64,000 bases of DNA, taken from positions 20,958-84,957 of the forward strand of contig CAZDPG010000001.1 in assembly GCA_964507275.1 (NCBI GenBank). The letters run 5' to 3'. This document shows, in pieces, positions 56,624 through 64,000 of this stretch. The position numbers were made by a program, and so were the translations under genes. Under the pieces are notes generated by a model, which saw only the letters and a list, made by a program, of their open reading frames with translations, searched no databases and was not told where the DNA came from. Within the stretch, counting starts at the first letter, position 1. The number at the start of each line of letters is the position of its first letter. This stretch comes from an uncultured Candidatus Saccharibacteria bacterium. GTDB lineage: Bacteria; Patescibacteriota; Minisyncoccia; Phycocordibacterales; Phycocordibacteraceae.

Positions 56624-57622
56624 ATGAGCATGACTGATCTTGTCGCGACCGCGCGTTCGCTCTTTGCTCCGGGCAAAGGCATTCTCGCCGCCGATGAGAG
56701 CGTGCACACGGCAACAGCGCGCCTTGCTTCCTACGGCATCGGCGCAGGCGCAGAGATGCGGCGGCAGTACCGCAATCTTTTCTTTGGAGCAGACGGTATC
56801 GAGCAGTATCTTTCCGGCATTATACTTTTTTCCGAGACACTGACCGAGAAGGGCGATGATAAAGAGCCGTTTCCCGCATCGTTATTCGCTCGCGGCATCC
56901 TGCCAGGGGTGAAGGTGGACCTCGGTACTGAGCCGTTCCCCGAGAGTCCGCAGGAACTCCTCACACAGGGACTTCTCGATCTCCCCGAACGGTTAGCTCT
57001 CTATAAGGAGCAGGGAGCCGTATTCACGAAATGGCGCGCCGTGGTTCGCATCGACGGCGATCATATGCCGACGCCGCTCGCGTTGCACGAGAATGCGAAA
57101 CGTCTCGCGAGCTATGCGAAAGAAGTGCAGAGTGCCGGACTCGTGCCTATCCTAGAACCGGAACTGCTGTATGAAGGGAAACACAGTCGCCAGCGGGCCC
57201 GAGCCGTCATGACGGAGACGCTAGGAACGCTTTTCTCGGTGCTTGCGGAGCATGCCGTCGACCGCGCGAGCATCATCCTCAAGACGTCGATGGTGCTCTC
57301 GGGGAGCGAGAGCGGAAAAAGCGATACGCCGGAAGAAGTGGCTCTTGATACGCTCGCCGCGCTTTCCGAAAGCGTTCCATCGCAGATTGCGGGTGTTGTC
57401 TTTCTCTCGGGCGGACAGACGCCGGATCAAGCGACCGATAATTTGCGAGCAATAGCTCGGCACGCGAAGGAGATGAACGCTCCATGGCCGATTACCTTTT
57501 CATACGCCCGCGCCCTCCAGGAGGAGGAGCTCACTCTCTGGAAAGGGAAGGAGGAGAATGTCCCCGCCGCCCGCGCAGCATTCCTAGAGCGCCTTGCTAA
57601 AGTCTCCGCCGCCCTCGGATAA
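56624..57622 (+). CDS. Class I fructose-bisphosphate aldolase
   Basis: KGILAADES, GVKVD.G, TKWRAV, VPILEPE, FLSGGQ, FSYARALQ. Confidence 0.95.
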   Translation: MSMTDLVATARSLFAPGKGILAADESVHTATARLASYGIGAGAEMRRQYRNLFFGADGIEQYLSGIILFSETLTEKGDDKEPFPASLFARGILPGVKVDLGTEPFPESPQELLTQGLLDLPERLALYKEQGAVFTKWRAVVRIDGDHMPTPLALHENAKRLASYAKEVQSAGLVPILEPELLYEGKHSRQRARAVMTETLGTLFSVLAEHAVDRASIILKTSMVLSGSESGKSDTPEEVALDTLAALSESVPSQIAGVVFLSGGQTPDQATDNLRAIARHAKEMNAPWPITFSYARALQEEELTLWKGKEENVPAARAAFLERLAKVSAALG

Positions 57623-57627
57623 GACGC

Positions 57628-57663
57628 TTGACGATAAATACCAGAGGTATATACTTCTGGTAT
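57628..57663 (+). promoter_or_regulatory. Sigma70 promoter with overlapping palindromic operator
   Basis: TTGACG(57628)-16nt-TATACT(57650); near-palindrome ataccagaggtatatacttctggtat at 57638-57663. Confidence 0.7.
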
Positions 57664-57940
57664 GAAAGTGGCCATGATTAACATCAAGACGGAACCCTCT
57701 CTGAAGGAGGAGGCACAGGAGCTTGCTGAAGAACTCGGCTTCTCGCTTTCGGCAATCGTTACCGCCTCTCTCAAACAGTTCGTACGTACGCGAGAGGTGC
57801 AGTTCTCCGCACAGCCGCGCATGACCTCGTATCTCGAAGGCGTTCTCAAGGAAGTCGAGAAGGACCTGAAGGCGAAGAAGCGCCTCTCGCCAGCATTCAG
57901 CGCTGGGAAAGAGATGGACGCGTATCTCGACTCCTTATGA
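57662..57940 (+). CDS. RelB/DinJ-like antitoxin
   Basis: INIKTE..LKEEA...ELG.SLS.IV...LKQFVR; ATGA-coupled to the toxin. Confidence 0.82.
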   Translation: MKVAMINIKTEPSLKEEAQELAEELGFSLSAIVTASLKQFVRTREVQFSAQPRMTSYLEGVLKEVEKDLKAKKRLSPAFSAGKEMDAYLDSL

Positions 57941-58209
57941 AGGGCGCGCGGAGCATCATCCTCCACAAGCATTTCGAGAAGCGATACGCGAAGCTCCCAG
58001 AGAAGCTGAAGAAAGCGTTTAAGGTCCGAAAGGACCTCTTCCTCGAGAATCCGGACGACCCGCGCCTTGCCATCCACGCACTCCATGGAGCATACAAGGG
58101 GTACGAGAGTTTCAACGTAACGGGCGATGTTCGTGTCGTGTTCAAAGAGTTACAAAAGACTGCCTTCATATTCGCCGACATCGGCACGCACGACGAACTC
58201 TATTCGTAG
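57937..58209 (+). CDS. YafQ/RelE-family toxin
   Basis: HALHG.YKG, NVTGD.RVVF, DIGTHDELY. Confidence 0.87.
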   Translation: MKGARSIILHKHFEKRYAKLPEKLKKAFKVRKDLFLENPDDPRLAIHALHGAYKGYESFNVTGDVRVVFKELQKTAFIFADIGTHDELYS

Positions 58210-58284
58210 TCTCGTGTATATCCTGGTTTGCACGAGCGACAGAGTCGTTTGCGTTTCTCCGCAGTTTCCCGTATATTTGGGCAT

Positions 58285-58923
58285 ATGCTTAGTTTGAATG
58301 TAGAAAAGCGCGACATAACTGCCGCGACACCAGCAACACTGCGCCGCGCGGGTTCTATTCCTGCCGTGGTGTACGGCGGGCATCAAGTATCGATTCCCAT
58401 CACCGTAGACGCGCGCGTCTTTGAAAAGGTCCTACGAGAAGCCGGTGAAGCGACGATCGTTTCGCTTACGGGACTCGGTGCACCGCTCGCGACGCTCATT
58501 CATGAGATCTCTTTTGATCCGCTCACCAGCCGCCCGCAGCATGTCGATTTCTTTGCGGTGACGAAGGGCGAGAAGGTGCAAGTCGCTATTCCGCTCGTCT
58601 TCGAGGGCGAATCGGCAGCAGCAGAAGCCGGGGCAAACATTGTGAAGGTGCTTCATGAAGTGGAAGTGAAGGCTGATCCGATGAATCTCCCACACGCTAT
58701 TACCGTGGATCTTTCTTTGCTTAAAGCCGTGCACGATCAGATCCATGCGAAGGATCTCGTGCTCCCTGCGGGTGTCGAACTCATCTCCGAATCAGGAGAA
58801 GTCGTCGCTCTTGCGCAGGAAGTCATCGCCGAGAAGGAAGAAGCCGCTCCTGCGGATATCTCCTCAGTCCAGGTTGAGAAGAAGGGCAAGGAAGAAGCTG
58901 CACCAGAGGAGGCAGCAAGCTAA
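58285..58923 (+). CDS. rplY: 50S ribosomal protein L25/CTC
   Basis: LRR.G.IPAVVYG, HVDF, LP..I.VD.S.L. Confidence 0.93.
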   Translation: MLSLNVEKRDITAATPATLRRAGSIPAVVYGGHQVSIPITVDARVFEKVLREAGEATIVSLTGLGAPLATLIHEISFDPLTSRPQHVDFFAVTKGEKVQVAIPLVFEGESAAAEAGANIVKVLHEVEVKADPMNLPHAITVDLSLLKAVHDQIHAKDLVLPAGVELISESGEVVALAQEVIAEKEEAAPADISSVQVEKKGKEEAAPEEAAS

Positions 58924-58979
58924 CAACGTCTACATGATGTGTCATGGCGCGGAGGGCGCCATGGTACACTAACCGAACG

Positions 58980-60365
58980 ATGCGTCGGTTTTTATTTTTG
59001 ATTTCCCTCTGTATATACGCCGCGTTGCCGCCAACGGTACACGCGCAGAGCGCGATGCAGGCCGTCACGGAGCGGCAGCAACAGCTGCAGAACCAGCTGA
59101 ATGTCATCGAGGCTGAAATAGTCGAACAGCAGAAACTGCTCGATGTCGCGCAGAATCAGCACCAGACGCTGCAGACTCAGATAGACGCTTTTAATGCAGA
59201 AATAAAGAAAACACAGCTCCAGATCCAGGCGATTAACCTCACTATCACGAAGTTGAATGGCGATATCGGTGTGCGAAACAAGACGCTTTCACAGCTTTCT
59301 GCTCGTCTCACGGCAGAGAAGGAGTCACTCGCGCAAATATTACGGCAGACGCAGATGATCGATGAGTATTCTGCCATCAGTGTCGGTCTCGGGTCGCAGA
59401 GCGTCTCGGAATTCTTCAGCGACCTCGACGCTTTCACTTCTATCAAGAGCGCACTTGCGGAGTCGTTTAATCAGATAGAGAAGACGAGCGCCTCAACCGA
59501 AGCAGAGAAGGAAGCACTTCAAGCTCGGCTTGCTGAACAGGAACAGTTGCGCACGCTTGCGCAGCTCGCCAAGCAGCAGGTGCAGGCGCAGGAGAAAGAG
59601 AAGCAGAAGCTCCTTTCGCAGACGAAAGGCGTCGAAGCGAACTATCAGAAGCTCATCACGGCTTCGAGGAGAACGGCTGCTCAGATACGGTCGGAGCTCT
59701 TCATGCTGCGTGACAGCGCATCGATTCCATTCGGGCTCGCGCTCACCTATGCCAAAGCAGCTGAGAGAGCGACCGGGACACGTGCCGCACTGACGCTCGG
59801 CGTACTCAAGCAGGAGACGAACCTCGGCGAGAATCTCGGTACCGGCACCTGGCGCGTCGATATGGCGCCGAAGCGCGATCAACCGGTCTTCGTGTACATC
59901 ACGCAGGCGCTCGGTCTCGACCCCGATAAAATGCCCGTCTCGAAGAAACCGTGGTACGGGTGGGGCGGCGCGATGGGTCCCGGACAATTCATCCCCTCGA
60001 CGTGGGTTTGTTATGGCGGATTCGTCAACGTGAATACCAATGGGTGTTCGCCATCCTCCAGCGTCACGAACTTCTGGGAAGGTCCATGGAAGTACGTCGC
60101 AAGCAAGGACCGCGTACGGAAGCTTCTCGGCGCGTCGCAACCATCGAATCCGTGGAACGCAGAGGTGGCTATCATGGCGACCGCCATGCTCATGGCGGAT
60201 AATGGCGCCGACGCGCGTACGCCAGCTGCTGAACGGCTCGCCGCACTCCGCTACTTCGCCGGGTGGACTGGTGCGAAGAATCCGGCGTACGCATTCTACG
60301 GCGACGGGGTGATGGGGTTTGCCGCTCGATTCCAAGCGGACATCGATCAGTTGAGCGGTCTATAG
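58980..60365 (+). CDS. Exported coiled-coil protein with lytic murein transglycosylase domain
   Basis: Signal peptide, long heptad region, QETNLG, GAMGPGQFIPSTW. Confidence 0.85.
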   Translation: MRRFLFLISLCIYAALPPTVHAQSAMQAVTERQQQLQNQLNVIEAEIVEQQKLLDVAQNQHQTLQTQIDAFNAEIKKTQLQIQAINLTITKLNGDIGVRNKTLSQLSARLTAEKESLAQILRQTQMIDEYSAISVGLGSQSVSEFFSDLDAFTSIKSALAESFNQIEKTSASTEAEKEALQARLAEQEQLRTLAQLAKQQVQAQEKEKQKLLSQTKGVEANYQKLITASRRTAAQIRSELFMLRDSASIPFGLALTYAKAAERATGTRAALTLGVLKQETNLGENLGTGTWRVDMAPKRDQPVFVYITQALGLDPDKMPVSKKPWYGWGGAMGPGQFIPSTWVCYGGFVNVNTNGCSPSSSVTNFWEGPWKYVASKDRVRKLLGASQPSNPWNAEVAIMATAMLMADNGADARTPAAERLAALRYFAGWTGAKNPAYAFYGDGVMGFAARFQADIDQLSGL

Positions 60366-60399
60366 CAAGCAGAGGAGGATAGGGAGTTGTGCGGACCAA

Positions 60400-60463
60400 T
60401 TGACAACTATTTATTTACCTGTACTATGAGCCCCGGATAAAACAGGGCGGGTCGCCTTGTTTT
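60400..60463 (+). promoter_or_regulatory. Sigma70 promoter and 5' leader hairpin
   Basis: TTGACA at 60400, TACTAT at 60422, aaaacagggcg-ggt-cgccttgtttt. Confidence 0.6.
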
Positions 60464-60489
60464 CATGAACACCTACAGGAGAGACAGCT

Positions 60490-60993
60490 ATGAAGACAAC
60501 GATGCTTGTGATTATTTCCGCGTGCGCCCTCGTCAGTGCCAGCGCTCAGGCGGCACCCGCAGCAAAGAGTGCTCCTTCGATGGTTATCAACGAGGCCGTG
60601 TGGACCGCAGGGAGCGCCGCCGCCACCATCGCGTCCATCGCCGAAAAGAAGGCAGCGAAGCTCAAGGAGCAGGAGAAGGCCTCCCTTGCCGGCAAAACGA
60701 TTGCGGCGCTGTGCGGAGAAGATTGGCCCGCTGCCATCGAAGACGTCACGGTGAACGAATACAAGGAGTCGGTCATCGCCGCTTCGCGCCAGTACATGGC
60801 ACGGATGGACGCGGCCTGCAGGGTCAAGGGACCCTTCGACATCGCTGAAGTCGTCAAGGCGTACCGCGTGTTCACGCCGGCCGGGATGGAAACGGCTCGC
60901 GATAAGCTTCTGCTGAAGCAGGTCGCAACAATGGCTTGCATCACGATGTATCGCGACGGCGAGCAGATTGCCGAAAAGCATCTCAAGATGTGA
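60490..60993 (+). CDS. Exported hypothetical protein
   Basis: AGGAG RBS, signal peptide ending AQA, downstream terminator. Confidence 0.7.
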   Translation: MKTTMLVIISACALVSASAQAAPAAKSAPSMVINEAVWTAGSAAATIASIAEKKAAKLKEQEKASLAGKTIAALCGEDWPAAIEDVTVNEYKESVIAASRQYMARMDAACRVKGPFDIAEVVKAYRVFTPAGMETARDKLLLKQVATMACITMYRDGEQIAEKHLKM

Positions 60994-61016
60994 TGTTCTC
61001 TGGGCCTAGAGAGGAA

Positions 61017-61045
61017 GGGGGGGACAAGTCCGTCCCCTTTTTTAT
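61017..61045 (+). terminator. Intrinsic terminator
   Basis: gggggggac-aa-gtccgtcccc followed by a T-run. Confidence 0.65.
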
Positions 61046-61090
61046 TTGTACTGGTAGGCAGAAAAGGGATTTTAGTTGTTCCTAGAACTC

Positions 61091-61882
61091 TTATTGATTC
61101 TTAACGGTCGAGGTCGCTACGGGGTGGGTAGCGAGATATTCTTTCGCGTCACTCAGGATGGTCTTGGTGAAGTAATCAGATAGTTTCGTGGCTTCAGTGA
61201 AGAACGAGGTAGTTGCGGGTGCTAAGGCGCTTGAGGCAGTCTGCATTTTGGTAACAATATCGGAGGACACATTTCCGGTCAGCATACTGTCAACGAGTGT
61301 TGCCATGACAGAGTACTTGGCGACCATGACTTTACCAGTCGTGACAAAATTGTTCGTCAAAAGTACCGTCTCCTGATCGGTCAGAGTCTTGCTGGCAGCA
61401 GCGAGATTATCGAAGTCGCCAGAGAGCGTTGCGAGCCGCACCTTTTGGGCATCATTGATAATTTTTACCTTGTCGCCAATCGTTTTCAACGAAGCATAGT
61501 CTTTATTTTTAACGGCAGTCTGTGACTGTGTAAGAAGAGGGAATAGCTCGTCTTTATAGGCGCGCATCAACGCCGTCGTCTCGTTCGCTATGTTGTTGTA
61601 GATCGAGTAGTAAAGAGGAGTGACCTTTGATTTCGGAAGGATATATTTAGAGGTCCCTGGAGCGGTATTCGTCTGCTTGAAGTCGACAATTTGGGGAGGT
61701 GTTTGTGAAGTCGAACTCGTGCCAGATGGTTCGCCCGTTCTCGAAGGGAGAACCTTCATGTATACGTAGAGGGCTCCAGCTCCAATAAGCAGGACGACGA
61801 GAATACTTCCGCCCCAAATAAGTACGTTGCTGCGTTGCTGAGTAAGATTTACGTCGGGTTCAGATTCAGATGTAGGGTACAT
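61091..61882 (-). CDS. Membrane-anchored helical hypothetical protein
   Basis: Single N-terminal TM, Ser/Thr linker, amphipathic helices. Confidence 0.7.
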   Translation of the reverse strand: MYPTSESEPDVNLTQQRSNVLIWGGSILVVLLIGAGALYVYMKVLPSRTGEPSGTSSTSQTPPQIVDFKQTNTAPGTSKYILPKSKVTPLYYSIYNNIANETTALMRAYKDELFPLLTQSQTAVKNKDYASLKTIGDKVKIINDAQKVRLATLSGDFDNLAAASKTLTDQETVLLTNNFVTTGKVMVAKYSVMATLVDSMLTGNVSSDIVTKMQTASSALAPATTSFFTEATKLSDYFTKTILSDAKEYLATHPVATSTVKNQ

Positions 61883-61905
61883 ACTATGTTGATAACACTT
61901 ATTGT

Positions 61906-63042
61906 ATGGCATTATCTTGCGATATACTACGAGTTATGCACATGCGGCGAATCGGTCTCGGTATCGCAGGTATCTTTGTAAGTCTCTTTCTTCTCTTCTC
62001 TGGAGTCACAATCTCCGCATCCAGAGTCTCGCCGGTTTCCTTTGGGCCTCCCATCGCATACGCGTCGAGCGACATCATTGGAGCAGTCATTATGGCCGCC
62101 GTCATAGTCGCTGTCGCTGTCGCCGCGCCAGAATTGTTTGCCGGCTTTGATGCGACTCTCGGAGGAGTGTCTACCTTCATAACAGAAGACGGCCTTCTCA
62201 CGTATGGCGCATTGGGCGGTGCTCTCGAGGTAGGGACTGTCGCGGCCGCTGTTGCTATAAATCAGGTCGCCATGATTGTCGCCGAATGTGTGACCGGACT
62301 GATTTGTGGTGATGATGGTGGGAATCCGAACAGCACCTATAGCGTTGCCGCAGGTGCGGTAACTGGCGACGAGTGCTACGGCGCAGTGAATTCCTGCGGC
62401 CAGGCGTATAAGGGGGCGTTTGAGACTGACCCCGCTACTGGGACAAATGGCTGTAAGATTGGCGGTAGTTTCGCGTACGGCGCACCACCAGAATCAGGAT
62501 GTTCCGGTCCAGCGGTGACACTCTCTGCTTTGGGACACGCCGTCAACTCGGGCAAATCAACGACGCTTACGTGGGATTCTCCGGGTGCAGAATACTGTGT
62601 GTGGAAGGGAGGCGAACAGGACGTGAAGGTGCCTCCCTCAGGCAATCTCGATACGGGGCCACTCACTCAGAATACGTCCTACCAGATCCATTGTGCCGAT
62701 GCGAGCGGCTCCTATGGTCAGTTGGCGACACTGACGATAACCGTGTTCACTCCGCAGGTGTCTATTAGTGCGAATCCAGTTCGCGTGCGTGCCGGCGTAC
62801 AGTCGACTATCTCGTGGAACGGGAAAGATGTGAAGTCGTGCGTTGTGGCTAGCCCCGGCGGACAAACAATAGCGAGTGGTGATACCGACGAGAGTCGTAT
62901 ATTCTCAATGAACTCTCCGTTCCCGACCACTATCACGACTCAAAGTATCTTTACTATCACCTGTCAGTCGCTTGTCGATGGGGATTCGGTACCTCCGAAA
63001 TCAGTCATGGTAAACGTAGTTCCGGAGTACCAGGAGTTCTAG
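61906..63042 (+). CDS. Membrane/exported Cys-rich protein with Ig-like repeats (start uncertain)
   Basis: Hydrophobic N-region; two L.W....C...[YF].I.C beta domains. Confidence 0.7.
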   Translation: MALSCDILRVMHMRRIGLGIAGIFVSLFLLFSGVTISASRVSPVSFGPPIAYASSDIIGAVIMAAVIVAVAVAAPELFAGFDATLGGVSTFITEDGLLTYGALGGALEVGTVAAAVAINQVAMIVAECVTGLICGDDGGNPNSTYSVAAGAVTGDECYGAVNSCGQAYKGAFETDPATGTNGCKIGGSFAYGAPPESGCSGPAVTLSALGHAVNSGKSTTLTWDSPGAEYCVWKGGEQDVKVPPSGNLDTGPLTQNTSYQIHCADASGSYGQLATLTITVFTPQVSISANPVRVRAGVQSTISWNGKDVKSCVVASPGGQTIASGDTDESRIFSMNSPFPTTITTQSIFTITCQSLVDGDSVPPKSVMVNVVPEYQEF

Positions 63043-63135
63043 CCGTGAGGGCAGGGGGTTGCTTTTTTATGTAATGTGTGGTAGCATTATCCTTGGTTAA
63101 GTTGTTCCCCGAAACACCCATTCAAGGAGAGAGAC

Positions 63136-63684
63136 ATGAACGCTATTCGCGCGTTACTGATGTTGCTGTTCGTCTTTTCGGGTTGTACAGCGGCTCAATC
63201 TTCATCACCCGAAACGAGTATGGCCATTCCATCGGCTACCAAGGTCGTCGTCATCGCTTGCTACGTTAAGCAATCAACGGTTTTTTCCAGCCAGTCGCCG
63301 GCCGCGCGAGATGATTTCTCTGACTTCATCAAGAGCGAGACCGACGTGCTCGTGCACGGGCTTGAGAAGGGACTGACCGACTCCGGTTTTGTCGTCTCGA
63401 CCGTCATCACGTCCGGTCCTTGCAAGGTGAAGGATACGGTGGACGGCGGCATCACGGTGCCCATAATCTTCACGATGATCAACCAGAGCTCGGATGAAGA
63501 CCTCATCGTTGCCAGGACATTCATCAAGGAGTTCGGTTCCAACCGTGCGGTCGGTGTCGTCCAAAGGAAGATCAACGGCGTCCTGGGCAAGGTGAAAGCA
63601 CAAGACGTGGTCGCCGACGTGGTGACGGAGGTCGTCAAGGCCGTGCAGAGCAAGACGGTACCCGGTACCGCCAAGACAGGATGA
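63136..63684 (+). CDS. Putative lipoprotein
   Basis: AAGGAG RBS; lipobox FSG/C; downstream hairpin with T-run. Confidence 0.7.
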   Translation: MNAIRALLMLLFVFSGCTAAQSSSPETSMAIPSATKVVVIACYVKQSTVFSSQSPAARDDFSDFIKSETDVLVHGLEKGLTDSGFVVSTVITSGPCKVKDTVDGGITVPIIFTMINQSSDEDLIVARTFIKEFGSNRAVGVVQRKINGVLGKVKAQDVVADVVTEVVKAVQSKTVPGTAKTG

Positions 63685-63812
63685 ATCTATGCAGATGCGT
63701 CGAATGAGAGCGGAAGGTATGGCACCTTCCGCTCTTTCTTTTTGCCTGTATGCTTCCGCAGTCTTGGGGATAACTTTTAAGCGGTTTTTCAAGTCGTGAT
63801 ATCATTTCTCGT

Positions 63813-64000
63813 ATGAAGAAAAGCTATAAAACAGTTTCGGTTGTGGTTCTCGTTGGCATTCTCGTTGGCGTGGCGAGTACCGCCTTCCAGAAGGTTCAGG
63901 GATATGTTGCTGCGGGTATCAAGGACAGTCAAAAACTGCGTGTTGCAGAAAGTAACACGTGCGATCCGACAAAGGCTCAGAAGCCTCATTTCGGTGGTTG
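63813..64000 (+). CDS. Small membrane/exported protein running off the window edge
   Basis: MKKSYKTVSVVVLVGILVGVASTAF..., open to the end; TATCAT at 63800. Confidence 0.55.
   Translation, partial: MKKSYKTVSVVVLVGILVGVASTAFQKVQGYVAAGIKDSQKLRVAESNTCDPTKAQKPHFGG

Noticed and set aside
531-63989. Numerous alternative-frame and antisense ORFs (e.g. 5617-6525, 13747-14580, 59493-60335)
   Set aside because: Shadow ORFs of GC-rich genes: Arg/Ser-rich, no motifs, fully overlapping well-supported CDSs
1-64000. tRNA or rRNA genes
   Set aside because: None recognised by eye in the intergenic gaps; tRNAscan-SE or Infernal would be needed to exclude divergent ones

Overview
This looks like a Patescibacteria (CPR, Parcubacteria-like) chromosome segment. 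That assignment is inferred from the split transketolase/rpiB/rpe/class I aldolase cluster, scattered pilins, giant surface proteins and near-absence of Shine-Dalgarno sites. 1-14600 is a surface-glycan cluster (GT4/GT2, rmlB/rmlC, methyltransferases, flippase). 14700-24900 holds an O-antigen-ligase-like gene, murB, a 31-aa Lys/Ala-rich peptide, secA, a type II TA pair, obgE and gatB. 25000-49400 is a surface-protein island. 49400-64000 holds gap, pentose-phosphate genes interleaved with pilins, aldolase, a second TA pair, rplY, a lytic transglycosylase and orphan exported proteins. Best candidate novelty: a 4407-aa HTH/TM-anchored GNVGIGT-repeat fibre protein ends in a peptidase-S74 chaperone plus the N-half of an intein (39330-39617). 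The C-half of the intein (42118-42333, ending HN/T) starts a separate ORF 2.5 kb downstream with its own -10 box. Between them lie an NYN RNase, a Zn-ribbon/HTH/RecB-like nuclease and a four-helix-bundle protein. This reads as a fractured gene with an atypically split intein. Second candidate: three RNase genes with no evident protein antitoxin (NYN and two PemK/MazF-like) each end in a convergent sigma70 promoter plus hairpin, predicting short antisense RNAs. All calls come from reading motifs by eye; no database searches were run.
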